64,000 nucleotides of DNA from Schizochytrium sp. TIO01 (taxonomy: Eukaryota > Protista > Bigyra: Labyrinthulomycetes): assembly GCA_004764695.1 (NCBI GenBank), contig SMSO01000032.1, positions 8,979,230-9,043,229 on the forward strand. The letters run 5' to 3'. Of the stretch, positions 12,601 through 23,980 are shown piece by piece. Both the position numbers and the translations under genes were made by a program. A model generated the notes under the pieces. It ran no database searches. It had not been told where the DNA came from and was given only the letters and a program-made list of their open reading frames with translations. The first letter of the stretch is position 1. The number at the start of each line of letters is the position of its first letter.

Positions 12601-13936
12601 TTTTATTTGGCCAGGCATAGTAGGCGTAGGCAGAAGAATCTCAAGTCAGTCCTGTAGCGAGTCACAAAAGCTGAATGGTTGTGAGTGCCTGATGGTCTCC
12701 AGAATGAAAACAAAGAAAACAATTAAGACAATATCACCCCAAGTGGAATGAGTCTCCAGCGTCCATGAAAATGGCTTCTTCTTCTATTTAGATAAATGCA
12801 AGCAAAAAGCAAAACATTTCGCGAAATTGTGGGCGATAATAACACAAATAAGAGGAAAACGAGTGAGCAATGGGTGAGATAGCTGCAACTTTATTGAAGC
12901 ACAAGTCAAGATTTGAATCACATACATGATTGTGACTGTTTCTATAGGAAGAAAGTCAAGGTGAAGGGCATGATCAACTACAATTTTGTAGTCCAAAAAG
13001 ACCTTGGAAGGCAATAGGAAGTCGTGAGATATTTCTACGTTTGTGAAAAACTTTGCAGAGGATGCGAACGTCCACTAGGGCGAGCTAGAATATAAGAACA
13101 CCGGTGTTGTGACTAGCAGCATTGAAAGTTTGCTATTCTCTCAAATCAGCAAAGCAAGACCGCCTACATCATCTAAAGTGAATTAGAATAGTAAAGTGCG
13201 TATTTACTGGTATATACTGGCTTGGACATGCCCAATCTAAACCTCAGCACTGTCGACAGCTCATTATCAGCTTAGTCCAAAGTCCTAGTTATCCTTTTAT
13301 TTCACCTCTCCTCATGGACGTCGCTGCGCTACATGTGTAGCTCCGATACGCAAGCTGCCATTTCTGAAGGCCTCGCAATTTACGCCAACTTGCAGTGACT
13401 GAGAAAGAGAGTCGGGATAAAACCTTGCGAGCTTGAACTCGATATCTAGAACTCGGCAATCTGCTGAACATAACAAAAGAAAAATGCTCAATGATTTCTT
13501 GTGTTTTAGGTTTCTTAGAAATTTCAATTTCATTCACCAGTCTGCTAAACGCAACTTCCGCAACGTGCACGCTCAGCTCGGTCGATTCTGATTGTTCTAC
13601 TTACATCTCAAAAAAGGAAACGTTGCAAAAACCCAATATATAGAGTTGGGGCGAAACAAAATGAAGAAGTGAGAGATCTATATATCTATAGAATTCCATC
13701 AGACAATTGCTAGGAGATATGAGCATCCATATTAACGAAATACAAATAATTTGTTGGCAATCAACCAATTAGTAAAACGTGTTCTTAGAGAAGATGCCAA
13801 TGGTGAGTCGGGATTCCTGGCAGTACAACTTGCTGTATATGAAGAAGTGAGAGATCTATAAATCTATGGAATTATACAATTATATGGGACTAAAGAGCCA
13901 AAAACTGGGCTAGCAGCAGGGCGAATGGAGGATGAT

Positions 13937-14791
13937 TTAGTTGTCGGTCTTTTCCTTGACCTTGTCGGCGGCGTCGTTGACAGTCTCCTTGGCAGATTCC
14001 TTGCCGTCCTCGAACTTAGACATGATGAAGTCCTTCTTCTCCTGGAGGTTCTCCTGGACGTTCTCGGCGGTCTCAGAAGCGTACTCAGCAGCCTCGTCCT
14101 TCTTCTCGAAGAAGGTCTCCTTGACGCTCTCAACGGTCTCCTTGACATACTCGATGGCCTCGTCCTTCTTCTCAAGAAGCTCATCTGCCTTCTCCTGGGC
14201 AAACTCGGTCCAGGTCTCAGCCTTCTTGTCGGCCTCGGCCTTGATCTCGTCCTTCTTGTCAGCAGCCTTGTCAGCAAGCTCGCTGGCCTTATCCTTGGCC
14301 TCCTCGGCCTTCTCGGAGGCAGCGTCCTTGAGCTCCTCCTTCTTCTCGGCAGCCTCGTCAGCCTTCTGGGAAGCGGTCTGCTTGATGTCCTCAGCCTTGT
14401 CGGCGGCGTCGCTCTTGAGCTCCTCCTTCTTCTCGGCGGCCTCGTCAGCCTTCTGGGAAGCGGTCTGCTTGATGTCCTCAGCCTTGTCAGCGGCGTCGCT
14501 CTTAACGTCCTCGGCCTTGTCAGCGGCCTTGTCAGCCTTCTGGTCAGCGTCCTTCTTGAGCTCCTCCTTCTTGTCGGCGGCGTCGTCGGCAAGCTCGCTG
14601 GCCTTGGTCTTGGCCTGCTCAAACTTCTCCGAGGCAGCGTTAGCAGCCTGGTCCTTCATCTCACCGGCACGGTTGGCAGCCTCGGATGCGTTTTCCGAGA
14701 CGCGGTTCTTGGCGGCCTGGGCAGTCTCGGCGATGTCGTTGCCGGTCTTCTGGAGCATGTCGCCCACGTTCTGGTTGTCGTTGTAACCCAT
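13937..14791 (-). CDS. LEA-like hydrophilic Ala/Lys/Glu/Asp-rich repeat protein (284 aa)
   Basis: No Cys or Pro; amphipathic KAxE repeats; near-exact 87-bp (29-aa) internal duplication KAEDIKQTASQKADEAAEKKEELK; strong G/C-ending codon bias; AAGATG start context. Confidence 0.85.
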   Translation of the reverse strand: MGYNDNQNVGDMLQKTGNDIAETAQAAKNRVSENASEAANRAGEMKDQAANAASEKFEQAKTKASELADDAADKKEELKKDADQKADKAADKAEDVKSDAADKAEDIKQTASQKADEAAEKKEELKSDAADKAEDIKQTASQKADEAAEKKEELKDAASEKAEEAKDKASELADKAADKKDEIKAEADKKAETWTEFAQEKADELLEKKDEAIEYVKETVESVKETFFEKKDEAAEYASETAENVQENLQEKKDFIMSKFEDGKESAKETVNDAADKVKEKTDN

Positions 14792-14839
14792 CTTGATAAC
14801 TTGGTTCTTGTTTTCTTTCTACTACTGTTTGCTAGCTTC

Positions 14840-14930
14840 GCTTTGCTTTGCTTTGCTTTGCTTTGCTTTGCTTTGGCTTGTTCGAGTTTTGGTTTTGCTT
14901 TTGCTTTTGCTTCGAGTTTTGCTTTTGCTT
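14840..14930 (-). repeat. (GCAAA/GCAAAA)n repeats in the probable 5' UTR of the LEA-like gene
   Basis: GCTTT and GCTTTT runs on the + strand, 50-140 bp upstream of the ATG at 14791. Confidence 0.75.
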
Positions 14931-15310
14931 CGTCGGCCCATGCATTCATCATCGCACTGCTTCCTCAGCCGGATCAAGCCCTCTCCCCTCCCTCCTAGGA
15001 CCCTACCTACGTCTCCCTCTACCACCAGGACGACCCGCTTTTGTCCCCTGCCTTAGCTATCCAAACCACTAGGAGCCCCTAAGGGTACGCCCATAATCTG
15101 TCTCTGATGCTCACCCGAGCGAAAAGAAGAGATCTTCATATCTCGGAGTCCTATTGGGCGCCTAACCTAAACCGTAGCAGGGGGCACGGGCCTAGTGTCT
15201 GAGCGCCGAAGCTGAGGGTTCTACCAAGTTTCGCAGCAAATCTTCGGGAAAGAAGAACTCGCGTGGGGTTCTCAGAAGAAGAACTCTTGAAGCAAGGGAT
15301 TAAGGAAGCA

Positions 15311-15348
15311 AGTCAGTCAGTCAGTCAGTCAGTCAGTCAGTCAGTCAG
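15311..15348. repeat. (AGTC)9 microsatellite
   Basis: Directly visible. Confidence 0.95.
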
Positions 15349-18300
15349 ACCTCTGCGCAGCGCCGGGAGGGCCTGGCTTGTGCGACAGAACCCGCGCTGG
15401 TGATGTCGCTCAAGTTTCTGCTGAGAGCGAGTTTCGCTGGGCTTTTCGTTGAAAGGTCGGCGCCTAGCGCACATGTCGATCTCGAAGCGAGGTCCTCCTC
15501 TGTATGCATGTTTACGAATGTAATGCATGGAGTTGTATGCATGGTTTGCATTGGTATGGATGTGTATGAATGCGAATGAATTCGTTGTTTGTAAATGTAA
15601 TATGTATGTGGTGTATATGTATATATATTTGTTTGTAATGCGGAATGCATGTGTATGTGTGTATGTGTATGTAGGAGGTACCTAGTGGCTGGAAGGTCTG
15701 AAAGCGAAGAGAAGAGCAGGAATTGCAGCTCGAGTCAGCTCAGCACCGTGACTGCAGCGGCCCTCCTGAGCTTCTTTCCTTCAAGTTCGTGCTGCTTGCG
15801 TGTGCTCCAGGCTGCTGCGAGCGGCTTGAGCTTGCTCCAAAATGCAAGGCAGGAGGACTCTCGGCTGCCAAGTCATCCCAGAGAGCTTCTTGAGGGCCCT
15901 TGAAGTCCTTCAGACTTTTTGAAGTCCTTTAGACTCTTCGAAGTCCTTTAGACTGCTTTGCGGCGGCGAAGCGACTTAGATTCTTGCCCTCGAGCTGCTC
16001 GCGAAACAACCCCACAGTGTGGTTGTCTGCCTCACTGAGTACACACGTACACACGGCACTAGCTAGCCATAGCTAAAGCTACGGCGCAAAGGTGCCGCTC
16101 AAGTTCTTTTGCTTGCAGCACCAGACGATACAAACGAAGCCTGCAGGTGTCAGTCTAGCTCCAAGCTGAGAGTCTCCAGCTGCAAGCAGCAGGCGCCTGG
16201 CTCTTGGCTCTTGGCGGCACTCAGGCGAGAAAGCCGTCGTAAACACTCAGCAGCTCCAAGCTCAGCGAACCAGCAAAACCTGAAGCTGCTAAGGCAGCCA
16301 GATCAGCCGGTAGCACCGCCAAGCAGGAGACACCGCCTAGTAGTAGCCACCTACCTACCGCCTAATGCGCCCGGTTCGCACGCGGTTCTTCAGAGAACGC
16401 CCGCCTGAACGCTCCCCGCAACTGTGGGCCCACAGCCATGGAGACCCATCAAGGGGGTCCCCCAGGGCTTCGGCGGGCCTTCCTGAGGAACGAGAACGCT
16501 GACGCCGAGGAGGAGGACGTTGAAGCGCAGACCTGAGAGCGAGGCTGCAGCGGAGACCTGCGGCGAGAGCGCCCAGAGGCAGGCGCAGGGTGGAGAGCGC
16601 CTTGGCGGGACAGCGCGCGGGTTCTTGAAGAAAGCGAGGCGAGTCTGACTCCTCTTCGGGACGAGAAGCTTGGCTGCTTGAGAGCCTGCCCACCCTGCCA
16701 TGGCTTGCAGGGCTTGCAGGGCTTGCAGGGCTTGCAGGGCTTGGCCTAAATAGATAAGATGGTAGGCCTGGAGAGGCTTGTGGAAAAGCTGAGGGTGGCA
16801 GCAGGGGCGGATGCGTGGAGCCCTTGGGCGGAGTTGTTGAGTCCTGCTTCTTTGTGTGCAGCCTCTAGAGGCAGCTAAAGCCGAAGCAGGAGTCAGTGGG
16901 TGTTGTTGGTGAAATGCGCAGGTACCTATGAAGCTAGTTCAACTCAGGAGGCTGCTGTTGAACGCATGCTGGAGGGAGGCCCTTACTCCTCGAGGTGTCG
17001 CTGTAGAGTGACTTAGATTTCTTTTGATCCGAGACCGGTAGCAAGTACCAGAACTCGTGGGTCTTTGGTGCCAGACAGCGAGCTTTCCGTCGGCAGGTCA
17101 GTGTTCACTCGTTTTGGAATCGGGCGCCCAAGCTCGCGTAGCTTCGTTTGTCATACGATATAGATCAGCGGCTGACGACGATGCAGTAGCTTAGATCTGC
17201 CCACAAAACAAATTGCCGTGACGTCGCATCTGGGTTCCTGTTGCCGAATAAATCGCAGCGGTCAGGCCGCTCTCAAAAGTCATCTTTGAAGCAGGTAAGA
17301 GGTTCGACGTACCACTGGTTTACATAAATTATGAGAGAACATTAAAAGTGAGTTTGCGTTCCGACAGCCAGAGCTTCAGATTTTCATCTTCAAGTTGGAT
17401 GTTTAGATGTAAAAGTAGTTTAAGAATAATCACCATGCTCCAAGGCTGCACCCAAGGTTCCCGAGCTCGAAACACTGGCAAAAATTGCGTATGCAGGCAC
17501 GTAGTGGGTTCCTAATATTTTTAAAGGAGCTGAGTCTCAGCCAATTAACCCAGCGGGATCTCCTTTGTATTGTTGTTTGAATCTCAAGGATTCTAATTCC
17601 ATCAAAACCTGAGCTTCGAAGGTATCGCTTGTATCAAGCGCACTTTGAAGTTGTAACTACTGCACCCTGTCTTTTCGGTTAGGAAGTCTGAGCGTCTGCT
17701 GTCACGGTACATTAAAGTAATAATCGACATCAATCAAAATCAAAGGAATATTTGAGGGTCAGTTATGATTTGAAGAACCTAGGCTCGCTTGCAACTTAGG
17801 CGCTATATGTAGAGTGCTACTCTTGCATCTCATTACGCACGAATATGTTTTCGCTACTATAGTCAACCTGTTTGCTTTCTTCCTTCCTTACTTTCTTGTT
17901 GGCTAGCTTGCTTTCTTGCTGGCTAGCTTGCTCATGTCCAGCTGTATGACCCATACGATCTTAGTCTCATAAATTCCTCTTCTTCTGAGAGTTTCTTTCT
18001 CGTCAAAACTTCTCAGATTCATCTCTTGTTCCTTTGGGTAAATTTTTACTATACTAGCTCTGGCTACCATCACACTCAAAGGATGCTTCGCGAGCTTTCT
18101 AAGACACAAACCACGTAGGAAGCGAGCACTGCATGAAGCAATTGTCAAAAAGTCAAGCGAGTCGCAAAGATACTGAACTATAGACACCTATATTAACATC
18201 CACTCATCGTTGTTAACACTTTGCTTTTTATAGCAAGCTGACACTGTATATGTATCATGGAAAAAAGCTCATGCTAGGTAAGATGTGATGCTCGCACCGT

Positions 18301-19272
18301 TCAAAGTTCACCGCAGATAGTCTCATCGAGAGACTGGGCGTGTAAACTGACAAGTATTAGAATCAATAAACCTGATAGATTTTGTCCTAATGATATCAGA
18401 AATACTGTGGAGCCGAAGAGTTTGAAACAATCCTACTCGTTTGAAGTGCATATGTAAATTTTTATGGAGTGAATCTAAAACACAGCTTGCTATAAGTACT
18501 ATAAGTAGGTTGTTCGGGCAGTAGTATGAATATCTTTATTTTCTAAAGATGCTCTGCTTGCCGGTTCGTATTTTCGAATGATTGACCGAGCAACTACCAT
18601 GTATTGCATGCCTTCGTTACTTCGAGTCTCTCTCAGCTCTTTGAACGTCGAGGATATCACGGAAGGCCATATCAAAACATCAGCACTATTCTAAAACTCG
18701 GAGAACCGTTCCGTCTAAGCTTCATCCTATACATCATCTCATGATCAACATAGTGGCATCATGGCAAAGCAGAAGTCCAAGTATTGTTTACGAGTATTGA
18801 ATGTGGTGCAGCCTATTTCTAAAAAGCAATTACTGATATCTCTGCCTTACAGTAATTGGACCCACTCTTCAAGTATTCGGCCGACGAGAAGCCTGATGCT
18901 ACCTCTTAGGTCATGGCCCTCCTGGCCCTTTGCCTCACGTAGTAAACAAGAAGCAATAATGAAAAAAAAAAGAGAGTGCATACAAGTATTGCTATATAAT
19001 AGAAGATCGAAAGGTACCAGCCCCTGACAAATTTATCAAGGTCGATAACGACTTTATTCGATACACATAACGTTCATCTTGTGTTTGTCTGATAACAATT
19101 ATGTTGATGATAATGGAGATCACAGTCACGACAAAACAGTGTAGACCAACAATTGGTTTAAACTCTTAACAAGTGCTGATGAGAAGCTGCCAAAAAGATT
19201 GTTAGAATGCATACTAACGTGAGCACGAAAAAAAGAAGAAAAAAGTCTATAGTCCCTACGCTAAATATTGCC

Positions 19273-19833
19273 TTAATTTGAGGTTATCCGGTTCTCCAGC
19301 GCTCCCTTAGGAAGAGTTGATAAGGCTGCTGCACCCATGAAGTCTTCGAAGGCTTTATTTATAAGAATTCTCGTTGAGGAGTCAGTTCCTTCGCTTAGGT
19401 ACCATTTCAGCGTGGGGGGTGGTCCAGAAGACGATGGTGATTTGCGAGAAATTATACATAAGTGCTTCACGGCCACATTGTCCTTTTTCCATACAGTGTC
19501 CATGTCCATGAAGGCAATTCGCTTGAATGGCTCAATTCGGCTTACATCAAAGCCTTGTGGTTCTGCAAGTTGGGCTAGAGCAGCCTTGTCGACCACTGTA
19601 TAGACAGCTTGAGATGTAACAACATAAATCTCGGATTGCATTCTCATATTGTCAAGCTTAGACTTTGGTGATCGCAAAAAACCAAAGCAGCCTCCCCCCT
19701 TTTGGTCAAGAGCCTTTATTTTGTGCTCTGCAGGGTTGAAGGCATCAATTACAGCCTCTCCGTTCGCCGAAAGCGTGCTGCCTAGGATCTCAGAGACCCG
19801 AGACATGAGCTCCGGGCTGGCGCAGCGGCTCAT
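19273..19833 (-). CDS. Hypothetical 186-aa protein, possibly PH-like fold (myosin TH1-like)
   Basis: Clean ORF from the ATG at 19833. The segment IYVVTSQAVYTV...KRIAFMDMDTV resembles the PH/TH1 strand pattern. The fold call is inference only. Confidence 0.65.
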   Translation of the reverse strand: MSRCASPELMSRVSEILGSTLSANGEAVIDAFNPAEHKIKALDQKGGGCFGFLRSPKSKLDNMRMQSEIYVVTSQAVYTVVDKAALAQLAEPQGFDVSRIEPFKRIAFMDMDTVWKKDNVAVKHLCIISRKSPSSSGPPPTLKWYLSEGTDSSTRILINKAFEDFMGAAALSTLPKGALENRITSN

Positions 19834-22800
19834 ACTTGCTAGGTGGTCCACCAACTACCTAGGTACTAGGTCCTGCTTTGTCCCCTTCGAGCGTGCTCAC
19901 GTGCGATGAATGCCTTAGTCCCTTTGCCAAGAAACGTGCCCGCGCGCCCTTTTCGTCTTCAAGGTCCGTGTGCTTGTATTTATCATGCGTAGCAACCCAA
20001 TTCTGACGCCCCGCTGTGCGCACGAGCAAGCTTTGACGAGTTCTATCTCTGTTCGTCTTCTTAATGGATGTCTCAAGTCACCTCTTGTGTGCATGATGGG
20101 ATGGTGATCATCGTCATTTTGTCGGTGATCACTCAATCAAAAATGGAGTGTGCACCAATTCTTGCATCTACGTACCTACTTATGTATCATTATTACTACT
20201 ACTTCTATTAGTACTTTTATTACCACTATGTACTGCTAGCGGGTTTGCGAGTAGAAGGTAGCTACGCAAGACTATAACCTATAACAGCCAGTAATGCTAC
20301 CAGGACCAGGCCCAATAGCCATATACACTATTCGGTAACTATGTTAGCAATAGTAATACTGTTATCCCTCTAGTCTTCGACTAAGTATTATTACTTAGGT
20401 AGCTGGTATCAGGTAAATGTAAGACGTCCTACTGTTGGCTATCACCAGCGCCAGCGAGGGGGTCTAGATCTCTCTTTAAGGTCAAAAGTATCCATGCAGC
20501 CATGCGACAAGATTTCTAGAACAGCTGGCGCGACATAATATAGCGCGCCACCCATAACCACTGCAGAAGTGTTGATTCGAAATACTTGAAAGAACCTTCA
20601 CTCTGAAGTTCCAACACAACAAATTCTCTGGTGACATAGTGCAATTGAACTACATATTCCATATAGGAAACATACCCAACTCTGCTGGCGTTGAGCTAAC
20701 ATTTCATCTGTGTTCTTTTACATCATACCTTTCCTAGAAATTATTAGTCACTAACCGAAGCTCAAAATATAATTTAAGGCCACGCTCGTTAAATCCCCCT
20801 TTTGATGACAATCGTGTCCTGAGTACCTTCGTTGCCAAGGTGTCTCAAGATTTAGAAAACAGTCTTGAAAGTAAAGACGAACCTGACAACATTCAAATAG
20901 GTGCCCTCAATGTCTACAGAAAATTAAGTTCTTAACCTCAGCGACAATTCGGCGAGTTTTATTTTGCGCATAACAGACTTAGGAACATAAAAAGAAGCAA
21001 AAGACACGACGACGAGCTAGCAGAGGAAATATAAACTAGAACTGAGAGACATCCTATTAAGCTTTGAAGACTTCCTTTCGTAGGTAGAAATTCAATGAAA
21101 ATTTTGCATCATTCAATTGTCCAACGTAAGTCTCATATTTTCATTTCAGAGATAAATCATACTTTACAATAGAAGAGACTCAAAAGACATGTAAACTCTC
21201 GAATAATACAATTGAATTATGTGCGGGACTGATCATCTCAATGTGTTGGACACAAGACCAAAGCCAGACATGGACCTTATTAGCACTTTCTGAATGTTAA
21301 TTCTAACTAACTAATCTTCTCCTTCATCTCTCTACCTACGCTATCTCTTGGTGATCGCCTCACGCTAACTTGCAATCATTACATTTGTGAATGCTATCGA
21401 CACCCACAAGGATTCAAACAACAAAATCAAAGTTGCTTCAAGTCTTGCAGCTGACCTTCACCTAATGATTTTGATATTCTGTACGGCATCTCATCCAAGA
21501 CTACTTCAACTCTCTATTCGGATTTTATTAAAAAAAACAAAAACAAAAAACTTCACATAAGAACTACAAGGACCTGCGGAAACTGCTTAGGAATTATGTA
21601 AAACCCAGCTAAGCGTTTTAAAGCGGCTGCTATCGATCGTTCTTTGCCACATTGTAGTCCAATAATAATGATAATAATAATAATAATAATAATAAACAGT
21701 TTTCAAAGAAAGAAAGAAGGATCATCAAAGAACAAGTATAATATGAATAGTATAGGTGATACTTCTAAGGGGGGGAAGTTACCAGTGAAAAACAAAACAC
21801 TTTCACTAGTCAGAAGCAACTCTTAGCAATCCTTTAACTTGAGTCAAGAAAACAATTTCTCATCAAAAGTATCAGTGGTACCTACTTCTAGGATTTGATT
21901 GGCCCGAAATATAAGAACTAGATAGGTAGCACTACTAAGAAAACCTCTGGATAGAAGCATTACTAGTAAAGCTGCTGTTATTATTGTTGATGTTACTATG
22001 ATTGGTTTTGGTAGTCAAGCACCTGTACCAAGTAGGCCAACGTTTACTTCCATCTCAACATTGTGCCTTGCTTACCCGGTTTTCATGTAGAAAGATGGGA
22101 CGCCAACGCCAACCAACGTTGGGATATCGCTACTACTGACTGTAGTATTGCTGCAGACAAGTAGCAGTAGTAGCCTTCTTCGAGTGTCCTTGTTTCGTTT
22201 CTCTGAAAAAGTGGGAGAGAGCACCCATAACTGCAGGTAAAAAGTAATAAAAGTGAGGCGAAAGTGAGTTGAAAGACACCTCTTAAAGTGCGACTCTATT
22301 TTTTTTTTTTTTAATTAAAATATTACAAAAGAATCTGAACAAATAATCTAATTTATTCTATAGTTTGTTTCGTTAGTTTGAAGTTTAATCCTGATCCTGA
22401 TCCATCACTATACATACATATACATATAGTTGGCCTTATCCTCGATTCCAGGGGCAGCGTCGATGAAGCAAGCAAGGTTTCGCAAATCAGCGAAGCCTGT
22501 ACGCGCAGGCGAAGGGAATAGGGACAGGTGCGAGTAAGCCTGGTCCCCACGAGGGGAAGTAAAGTAGTTCAGGCGCATGCACCGGGACTGGATTTAACTT
22601 CTTCGATGGGTCGGATTTTCTGGTTTCGTTCAGAACAAGAGCGCCAGCATAGCACGTAACGGTAAAACGAAGGAGCCCCTCCCTAGAATCTAACTCCTGT
22701 GTAATTTCGGGGAGGGTCGAAAGTGCGGGGACGCCACTTTTCTTGTGGGTTGTGACAACAGCCGAGGGGTCCTCGCAAAAAAAAACGAACCTCCCAGCGC

Positions 22801-23980
22801 TGCCACCGAATCACTTGAACACGGTAGAGGCCCAAAAGTGCCGGTCTTTCGCCCTGAACGAACCATAGAGAAAGTGCCGGCACGGGGTAAAGTGGCAGGT
22901 TGGGGCCGCTTTGGCTTGGGGAAATGCAAGGTTTCACTAGCTAGGTGAACAGTAGCCTGTGACTGCGAGTGAGGGCGTTAGAGTGGAGATGCAGAGCAGC
23001 ATGGTACTGGGCCCAAAGTATCACCGTTGAGCATTCATTGTATCGCGCCAGCCTGGTCGGGGGAGGGGCTAAAGTTCCTCTCGCTCATTTGTTTTCAGCT
23101 GGTAGAGGGGTACGCGCGAAACTGGCAGCTTAAAAATTGGGAAAGATACGCCATGAGGAAAACTTGTTTTTGAAGCAGGGCTGACAGCAAAAAAGAGCTT
23201 GCAAGTCTCGCTTTATCGGAGCGCTAGAATAACGTAAGTGCCATTGATAAGTTGGGTGGTTTATTGCAATCTACCCTCAACTGCCGACGTTCGAACAATG
23301 ATTCTAGTTACATTAAAAGGAGCAAAACACGATACATGGGCTTCATAGAAATAATCCAACATCCGCTTTGGTGCCGATCACAAGCACCCCTAATACTATT
23401 TTTTGTTCTCAAAAACATGAATGTGCCTGCAACTGAGCAAAATCTTAAAATCTTTAACACTAGGTATGACTTACACCAGCCCTTTTGTAACGGCAACAGG
23501 AAATGCCAAAGCCCAGATGATATAAATCCTCGCACTGGATTACGACTAGCTCTTTCATCACGCCAAGGACATTGCAATGTGTTTTACCCGAACCTTTGTT
23601 TCCGACGGATCTTCCAATACTGACTACTCAGTGTACCCTACGAAATACAGCAGTACCTTAAGACGGATGTACAGGACCTATGCAAGCCACATTCTTCAGT
23701 GCGCATGCACAGCACTTGCTCTTTGTGAGAGCAAGTACAAAAATTACGTTACCGAATCCTATTCTAATGCATGTTTTTAGTTTTGGGCTCCTTCAGAGTG
23801 CAGCCCAACATGTTTATATATTACATCAAACGAAAATTTAAAAGTATATGAACCTTTTTTTAGGTCTTTCTTTATGTTTTACTTGATTTTGTCGTAGAAG
23901 CAAGGTTGATCATGGTTTGGAAATCAAATGGTATCAGCAAACCCGAAAAGGTATCTGATCGATTTAGCCCCACGCGAACC

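Noticed and set aside
13925-14998. Leu-rich 357-aa and Ser/Ala-rich 281-aa + strand ORFs, and an Arg-rich 252-aa - strand ORF
   Set aside because: Shadow frames of the codon-biased LEA-like gene.
15161-15170. CCTAACCTAA as a possible telomerase RNA template or telo-box
   Set aside because: Only a 10-bp match with no supporting promoter or structure that I can verify; similar short matches occur elsewhere (e.g. ~37016, ~47743).
15649-16750. GC-rich short ORFs upstream of the LEA-like gene
   Set aside because: Low-complexity translations with no domain signal, interspersed with short tandem repeats (19-bp x3 at ~15902; GGCTTGCAG x4 at ~16702). More likely regulatory or UTR sequence.
22450-22960. 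Possible RNase P/MRP or other structured RNA (GAAAGTGC-like motifs)
   Set aside because: I could not find correctly spaced complementary P4 halves; an Infernal search is needed.
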